37,054 bases of DNA from Thraustochytrium aureum. Its lineage: Eukaryota. The notes beneath the pieces are model-generated. The model did no database searches, was not told the DNA's origin, and saw only the letters and a list, made by a program, of their open reading frames with translations. Both the position numbers and the translations under genes were made by a program. Within the stretch, counting starts at the first letter, position 1. The number at the start of each line of letters is the position of its first letter. Below, piece by piece: positions 30,576 through 37,054 of the stretch. Location of the stretch: contig BLSG01000219.1 of NCBI GenBank assembly GCA_012862495.1, positions 26,154 to 63,207 of the forward strand, written 5' to 3'.

Positions 30576-31349
30576 CTAGTTGCCGAAGACGACCGTGTTG
30601 ACGAAGGCGGTCGACATGCCGCCCGCAAACATGCCGCACACCGAAACAAGCGAAGCCAGGCTGAGAGTCGACAGGCCACTGAGCCCGTGCCCACTCGTGC
30701 ACCCGGCCTGGACGCGTGCGCCAATGAGCATAATCGCACCGCCCACAAAAGCGGTCAAGTGGCCCGCAAGCCCGCGGCCGCCGATGTTTGCCCCCGCAAA
30801 TGCCACCTCAGTGACGTTCGGGTACCCGCTGAGCTCTTGCGAAAGCATGGTGCCGAAGATGACGCCGAGCGCAGTGATGAGCTGGAAGGCAGCGTGCGAA
30901 TTGCGCAGGTTGTTGTGCAGGTAGGGGGCGTTCTTCTCGAGGTTGCCGTCGAACAGGTTTGCCAAGTTGGAGGCGAGGAGGACCCAGCCACTCGACATGC
31001 CAAGCGCGCCCGCGGTAGACAGGTGCATGGGGAACTGCAGCATGCCAACGACCATGCCCGCGAATGCCGGGTCCCAGGCGACGGCGTCGAGCGCGAGGGG
31101 GTTCGCGGACAGGTCGTTAGGGGAGAACTCGTGGATCACTTTGGCGACCTCGCTCTGCCAAGGGATGAAACTGTTGACAGCTTGCATGAGCAGAGCTATG
31201 GCACCGATAAAGCCTACTGTGGCGACGGCGTAGGGCACGCGCTGGGGGACGAGGTCGGCGTGCTCAACGGTGCCGCGCGACTGGTAGCTCGGCACGCAGG
31301 TGCGCACGTTCTTCTCTTGGTAGCCGTAGATTATGGTGCCGACGAGGCC
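30576..31349 (-). CDS. YeeE/YedE-family sulfur-compound (thiosulfate) transporter-like membrane protein, 5' part lost in the gap
   Basis: GGAIMLIGARVQAGCTSGHGLSGLSTLSLAS hallmark, GALGMSSGW and multiple TM helices. The frame stays open to the gap (GLVGTIIYGY). Confidence 0.85.
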   Translation of the reverse strand, partial: GLVGTIIYGYQEKNVRTCVPSYQSRGTVEHADLVPQRVPYAVATVGFIGAIALLMQAVNSFIPWQSEVAKVIHEFSPNDLSANPLALDAVAWDPAFAGMVVGMLQFPMHLSTAGALGMSSGWVLLASNLANLFDGNLEKNAPYLHNNLRNSHAAFQLITALGVIFGTMLSQELSGYPNVTEVAFAGANIGGRGLAGHLTAFVGGAIMLIGARVQAGCTSGHGLSGLSTLSLASLVSVCGMFAGGMSTAFVNTVVFGN

Positions 31350-32327
31350 NNNNNNNNNNNNNNNNNNNNNNNNNNNNNNNNNNNNNNNNNNNNNNNNNNN
31401 NNNNNNNNNNNNNNNNNNNNNNNNNNNNNNNNNNNNNNNNNNNNNNNNNNNNNNNNNNNNNNNNNNNNNNNNNNNNNNNNNNNNNNNNNNNNNNNNNNNN
31501 NNNNNNNNNNNNNNNNNNNNNNNNNNNNNNNNNNNNNNNNNNNNNNNNNNNNNNNNNNNNNNNNNNNNNNNNNNNNNNNNNNNNNNNNNNNNNNNNNNNN
31601 NNNNNNNNNNNNNNNNNNNNNNNNNNNNNNNNNNNNNNNNNNNNNNNNNNNNNNNNNNNNNNNNNNNNNNNNNNNNNNNNNNNNNNNNNNNNNNNNNNNN
31701 NNNNNNNNNNNNNNNNNNNNNNNNNNNNNNNNNNNNNNNNNNNNNNNNNNNNNNNNNNNNNNNNNNNNNNNNNNNNNNNNNNNNNNNNNNNNNNNNNNNN
31801 NNNNNNNNNNNNNNNNNNNNNNNNNNNNNNNNNNNNNNNNNNNNNNNNNNNNNNNNNNNNNNNNNNNNNNNNNNNNNNNNNNNNNNNNNNNNNNNNNNNN
31901 NNNNNNNNNNNNNNNNNNNNNNNNNNNNNNNNNNNNNNNNNNNNNNNNNNNNNNNNNNNNNNNNNNNNNNNNNNNNNNNNNNNNNNNNNNNNNNNNNNNN
32001 NNNNNNNNNNNNNNNNNNNNNNNNNNNNNNNNNNNNNNNNNNNNNNNNNNNNNNNNNNNNNNNNNNNNNNNNNNNNNNNNNNNNNNNNNNNNNNNNNNGG
32101 AGCGCGTCGCGTGAACGCTTGTCGTCAAACCTGATCCCCTGTGACGAAGGGGTCGACTTCTCGTGAATCTCGTCTCATGTTGTACCCTTCGTTACGTAGG
32201 AGGACAGAATCGCCCCATTTGGTGTCTGGTAACATTGGCGCGTATGCAGTGAACAAGCCGATTTAGTAGCGGATTAGGCGTTGCCGGTCGTCATTCATTG
32301 ACTCGGACCCGGAGAGACAGTGCCAGA

Positions 32328-33545
32328 ATGAAGGGACGCAACGATGGCGAGGCCACGGCCCGATCGCCCACAGCGGTCAGGCCACTGGCAGCCATGCTGT
32401 CCGTTGTGGTTTTCGCCGTTGTAGTGCTGTGGGCGATGCGGCTCGGTTTCCTGTTCGAGTCGGTCGACGGGCGCTTTGAAGCTGGGGACCAGCTTGGGTG
32501 GGGCACGGTCCTGTTCAGGTACAAGGACGCGCAGAGGTTTGAGGAGGACGAGTATGAGATCTATAACTGCGAAAAGAGGAGGCACATGGCGCCCGGGTCG
32601 CTGCCAGACTTTCTTGTGGTCGGCGTGCACAAAGGCGGGTCCACAGCGCTGTACGGTTATCTCGCGCAGCACGGACATGTCCGGCCATCCGCGTGCAAAG
32701 AAACGCACTTTTTCAGCAAGGACGATTTGTATGAGCGGGGCATCCAGTTTTACAGGCAGCACTTCTTCGACCTCGCCAACCTTTCTCACGCTGTGACGGG
32801 CGAAGGCACGCCAAACTACATTCGCAACCCCAAGGCGACATCGCGAATCGCAGAGCACGTTCCATCAGCCAAAGCAATCGTGTCGTTGCGCGACCCTGTT
32901 GAGCGCTTTGTGTCGCAGTTTGTCGGGTTTGTGGAGCGCCGCCTAACCACCAAGTCGTGCACAGAGTACTGGCTGCAAGAGATGGCCGCGCTGCGCAAGT
33001 GCATGTCTCGCTACCGGCCTCAGCGGCACCGGCGACTGCCGACCACGCCCCCCGGCATGACCGAATGGCACGCACTGCACGCCGCACGCCGCGGACTGGA
33101 TCTGCGCAGCATTGACCCGCCAGCCAAGGCTGCGCTGGGGTGTCCCGAGTCCAAAAAGAGCTGCATTCGTCGCTATTGCCTTTCCGTCCTCCACGAGAAC
33201 GCGATCTCGCGCAGCGTGTACGCGGACCAGCTCGTTCGGTGGCTGCGCTTCTTCCCCGCAAACCAGATCCACATTGTGCAGGCCGAGTCGCTGTACCAAC
33301 ACACGAATGAGACAATGCAAGGCGTCTCCCGCTTCCTCGGGCTGCGCAACTTTACGGACCAAGAGCTGAGCCGCTTCGGTCGCACGCGCGTGGGCAGCAA
33401 GCACCACCTCAATCCTGTCGCGGAGACCTGCGACCGACCAAAGATGCGCGAGTTCTTTGGTCGTGAGAACGAGCTGTTGCTTGACGTTCTTCGTGCGCAG
33501 TGGCCCGAGGTTGGATCGAAGTGGCAGCCGTGGGACTCGGCGTGA
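32328..33545 (+). CDS. Type II membrane sulfotransferase (heparan-sulfate 3-O/N-sulfotransferase-like fold)
   Basis: N-terminal TM (MLSVVVFAVVVLWAM), 5'-PSB LPDFLVVGVHKGGSTALY, KETHFF, GEGTPNY, 3'-PB LRDPVERFVSQF and YADQLVRWLRFF..QIHIV. Confidence 0.9.
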   Translation: MKGRNDGEATARSPTAVRPLAAMLSVVVFAVVVLWAMRLGFLFESVDGRFEAGDQLGWGTVLFRYKDAQRFEEDEYEIYNCEKRRHMAPGSLPDFLVVGVHKGGSTALYGYLAQHGHVRPSACKETHFFSKDDLYERGIQFYRQHFFDLANLSHAVTGEGTPNYIRNPKATSRIAEHVPSAKAIVSLRDPVERFVSQFVGFVERRLTTKSCTEYWLQEMAALRKCMSRYRPQRHRRLPTTPPGMTEWHALHAARRGLDLRSIDPPAKAALGCPESKKSCIRRYCLSVLHENAISRSVYADQLVRWLRFFPANQIHIVQAESLYQHTNETMQGVSRFLGLRNFTDQELSRFGRTRVGSKHHLNPVAETCDRPKMREFFGRENELLLDVLRAQWPEVGSKWQPWDSA

Positions 33546-33889
33546 TTTACTGTTTGGGCCAACCGGAGCGTACCCAGTAACTCAGTACCGTGACTGCCAT
33601 GATGTTTCAAGGGGGGTGTGGCTCTGTTTCAAGAAAGTGGTGTGTTACCAACTTGAAAAGCAACAGTAGGCCACTAGCTAGCTAGAGGAGAGAGGGCGGA
33701 AATGGAAATGCCCCAGTGAACTGAATGAGGCCGTGGCGCGGAGCCTGCCGCTCCGCGCTTTCCCTTTCCGCTTCGTGCTTTCCCTTTCTGCCCTTGGTCG
33801 AGCCGAAACGGCAGCCTGCCAGCCCGGGGATTAGAGGCTCCCGGGGGGGAACCGCGGCTTGCATGGAGCTAGCTATTGGTTCCATAACG

Positions 33890-35253
33890 TCAGATCTGCG
33901 CAGCGCTAAAGTTCCAGTCAGACAGCACAACTCGGCCCCCGTCAAACGAAGTGGCGTTCGCCAGCGCCGAATAGTCGGCGATGTTTTGCACGTTGCAACG
34001 GTCGTCCACTGCGAGAGGGTTGAGGAACCTGCATATTGGAAGCGAGAGGGCAAGCGTCTGCTCGAACGCGGCGGCTACGCCCCCCAAGTTGCCCTCGACA
34101 TTCTCCGGGTCCTTCAGCAGGTACTTTGTAACCGCGCGAACGCGTGCGACGAGCGCGAGCTCCTCGTGCACCAGGTGGCCGTCGCTGGGCGACCTAGCTG
34201 CACGTTCGACAGAGAAACGCTCAACGGGCTCTAATGATATCCGAACGTCTATGGGTTCAGCCTGCTCCGAGTCTGGCTTGATCAGGGCGTGCTCTGTTCC
34301 GCCAAATACGAGCATAATCGCCTCGAACGCGCTTCCGCCAGAGTTTGTGCGGTTCCCGGCGCACACAATCGCCCGCGCAAAGCGCCGGAGCGTCGGGTCC
34401 AGCTCGTCAGATCCCACCGCGCTCGGGGCCGACCATCCGAGGGCGAGAGCGAGGACACCCGTGACGTGGTCGACCACGCCCTCGTACTTGAAGTCAGCTC
34501 CCGCCAAGGCCTCGCCATTTAGTATCAGGGTGTCCCGCTCCACGTCCCTGGCGTCCTGGTGCGTGTTGTCTCGCCGTGGCGCCGAGCCGTCGCCAGTCGG
34601 ATTGCTCTCGCGGATCCACCACATAGGAAGAGCAAGCGCACCCGTAGCGCTGGCAGAGTTCTCCAACAGCACAGTCTTCACTCGTGCGCAATACNNNNNN
34701 NNNNNNNNNNNNNNNNNNNNNNNNNNNNNNNNNNNNNNNNNNNNNNNNNNNNNNNNNNNNNNNNNNNNNNNNNNNNNNNNNNNNNNNNNNNNNNNNNNNN
34801 NNNNNNNNNNNNNNNNNNNNNNNNNNNNNNNNNNNNNNNNNNNNNNNNNNNNNNNNNNNNNNNNNNNNNNNNNNNNNNNNNNNNNNNNNNNNNNNNNNNN
34901 NNNNNNNNNNNNNNNNNNNNNNNNNNNNNNNNNNNNCAACCCCGTGCGCGGCCGCTTGGGCCGTTCGCTCAACCTCGAGCAGGCCACGTTTGGCCTCTTG
35001 CAGCCGCCTCAGCGCAGGGTGCAAACTGGACGGCGAGCTCGCGCTCCGACTGCGGGGCCAGCCGCAACCGCCGGTCCGAGCCTCGCGGCGTCGCGGTCGC
35101 TGCGGAGGTTGGATCGCCGTCGTCTGTGGCGTCGGAGGCGTCGATCTCGGCCCGCATGGTCTCGCGCACCGGCTGGTCGGGCGGAGGCGCCGGCCAGTTC
35201 AAGCGGGCCTTCGCGAGCCTGTCCAAGTCGTGCAGCGCCTGGGAGAGGTCCAT
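33890..35253 (-). CDS. Hypothetical protein (N-gap inside; apparent 1-bp insertion at 35023-35025)
   Basis: ATG at 35253 (MDLSQALHDL). Removing one T gives VQLHPALRRLQEAKRG. The C-terminal globular part contains QDARDVERDTLILNG and GNRTNSGGSAF. Confidence 0.6.
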
Positions 35254-36771
35254 GCCGCGCCGCGACACCGACTGCGCCACGCAGCTCCGGCTCTGTCGCG
35301 CGTCCAAGGTCTCTCTCCGCTGGAACGCGCCTGTTCTGTTCCCTGTTCGTTTTGATCTCGAGCAAAGAACTATTCTTCAGTGAAAGGACCGTTGGGGTGG
35401 CCGTTCGGTGCCGTGAAGGGGAAGAAAACTGCAAACCACTTCGCGGTGTGGGGTTCGGTGGGCCATCAGCAGCCCAAGAGCCTCTGCATAGCCTGAAGCG
35501 CTTCCCTGGAGTTGGATGTTCTCGCGACTCAATGAGGGATTGGTGAAAACCAATCAAAAGTGACACCACCAACCACGTGGATTATCAAAAGTGAGAAAGT
35601 TGAGGGAATCCCAACGGCGTGGCGAGAATCACCAACAAAAATGAGAAAAGTGGGCCGGTGCGGTGCGGTTGATTTTAAAAAAATCTGCGTCGGCTCGGCC
35701 CGGCGGTTGGCGCTTGCGTGGTCGCGTCACCCGAGGAGGGATGGAGGCGTGCTGCTTCGTGGGACGGCGTTTTGTAGGAGATTGGGGCGAATGAACTGAC
35801 TGACCAGCGATCGATTTGGCCTGAAGGCGAGGCTCTGGCCCTCAACGGTGGCTCAAAACGAGCATCTAGGAATTTGCGCCTGACAGTGGTCTGTCAGTCC
35901 AACACCGACGGCCCTGGCGATGGAATGGATGAAACGCAGAGAGCAGTTGACTTGCAAGCAAACCAGCCAAGAATTCTACTCTCTGGTCATTGCAAGCGCG
36001 GAAAGACTGCGACGCATCATTGGAGATCATCGGCGGTCAGTCCAGAGCGACGAAACGGTCGCCTCCCTTCCATTGTTAGAATGATTGTCATGAGATGAGG
36101 GGAACCTCTCATCTCATCAAGCATCTCTGCGTGCGTCGCTCGGCGAGGCGATTCCTCGATTACTTTCTGTCTGGTCAGAGACGTACTTGCGCTTGAGCTT
36201 CCTAGAGAAATGGAGAGCGAGTACTCGCGCATGTCACCAACTAATTTTAAAAAAGCAAGTTAAGGGGTGGCCATTGCGAAATGTGATGCGCCGAGATGCT
36301 CTTCTCCCACGCGAGCGGCACTGCACCCAAAGTCTTTCGACCCTGGCGGGGCAAGCAACTGCAAGAGCCCCGGCACATTCACTGGCACCAGATGTCCAGA
36401 GCCCTCTGCTCAGAGAGGATGGGTTCGAGTTGACGATAGTTCGCGTGTCCGTTCCTGCTACGGCGCGAAATCTCTAGCTAGAGAGTTTTGTCCCGCTCGA
36501 GCGAAGCAAACTGCTAGCTGAGTCCCACGAAGCTCAACAGCTATGCTTGTCTGAGCCTGACTCGGCCTGCTCCATTCTCTCCCAGAGTGAGAGGTGGCTA
36601 CGAACGGGAAGACACTACGCGAGATCAGCAGCTCGCGCGAACTATGCAAACCCGATTCGCAAGGCACACATCACACACTGCAGCAGATACTCACCCTGTG
36701 ACTGCGCTGACTGAGCTATACAAGACAAGACACACCACGGGGAGCCTGCACTGAACCAAGCCCGGCTCCAG

Positions 36772-37054
36772 ATGACGATGAAGATTCTCCACAGCGCCTT
36801 CGTGACGACAATGCTGCTCACAACGTCGCTGACGCACGTTAGCGCGTGGACGGCGCAACGAGGACACGCTCTTTCATTTCCTGACTCGATCTCGCTCGCT
36901 TCTACCGTCGCGACTTTGTCGACTTTGCTCAGCCAGGCTTTGCAGATCTCACCAGCGAAATTACAATCGGCTGTTGGCTTCGGCACACGGATGCCAGCCC
37001 CGGTGGTGACGGCATTCCGATCAGCTTCGTCCACACCCTTGACACCAACTTCTT
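36772..37054 (+). CDS. Partial secreted LamG/pentraxin (concanavalin-A-like) domain protein running off the window end; apparent 1-bp deletion near 36885
   Basis: Signal-peptide-like MKILHSAFVTTMLLTTSLTHVSA followed by GHALSF. The shifted frame reads LTSEITIGCWLRHTD...GIPISFVHTLDTN, matching the LamG T-i-x-x-W pattern. Not in the supplied ORF track. Confidence 0.55.
   Translation, partial: MTMKILHSAFVTTMLLTTSLTHVSAWTAQRGHALSFPDSISLASTVATLSTLLSQALQISPAKLQSAVGFGTRMPAPVVTAFRSASSTPLTPTS

Noticed and set aside
30576..31349. Bacterial contamination suggested by YeeE
   Set aside because: It is contiguous with eukaryotic-type genes, has similar composition and shows no operon context. Eukaryotic YeeE homologs are known.
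4849..36885. Programmed ribosomal frameshifting as a genome-wide mechanism
   Set aside because: The shifts go in both directions, share no slippery or stop motif and mostly sit in short homopolymers. Sequencing error is more parsimonious.
36642..37034. 130-aa minus-strand ORF at the right end
   Set aside because: It is antisense to the better-supported signal-peptide/LamG-like reading on the plus strand.

Overview
Gene-dense, GC-rich eukaryotic draft scaffold with 11 N-gaps. Short GT-AG introns carry CTRAC branch sites, and SKP1, ING-type PHD, RP2 and RING/coiled-coil genes are present. Gene content and low intron density suggest a stramenopile protist, possibly a thraustochytrid; this is inference only. 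About 20 protein-coding genes can be supported: a JmjC oxygenase, two convergent SKP1 paralogs, several membrane proteins (one TMEM229-like), an ING-like PHD protein, an EF-hand-like protein, two RNI-type LRR/coiled-coil proteins, a HEI10/Zip3-like RING protein, a large coiled-coil/TRAF-zinc-finger/SAM protein, a Tudor-like/RP2 fusion, a YeeE/YedE sulfur transporter head-to-head with a sulfotransferase, and a partial secreted LamG/pentraxin-like protein. At least five genes carry 1-bp frameshifts, mostly in short homopolymers, most likely sequencing errors. Non-coding structure includes an AT-rich palindromic repeat array (2341-2645) and a 25-bp minisatellite followed by a perfect 14-bp hairpin (19547-19776). 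The best leads are the SKP1 paralog lacking the proline that is hydroxylated in protist O2 sensing, the YeeE/sulfotransferase pair, the Tudor-RP2 fusion and the candidate meiotic RING gene. No rRNA, tRNA, CRISPR array or transposase was recognised. All family calls come from motif recognition by eye, not database searches.
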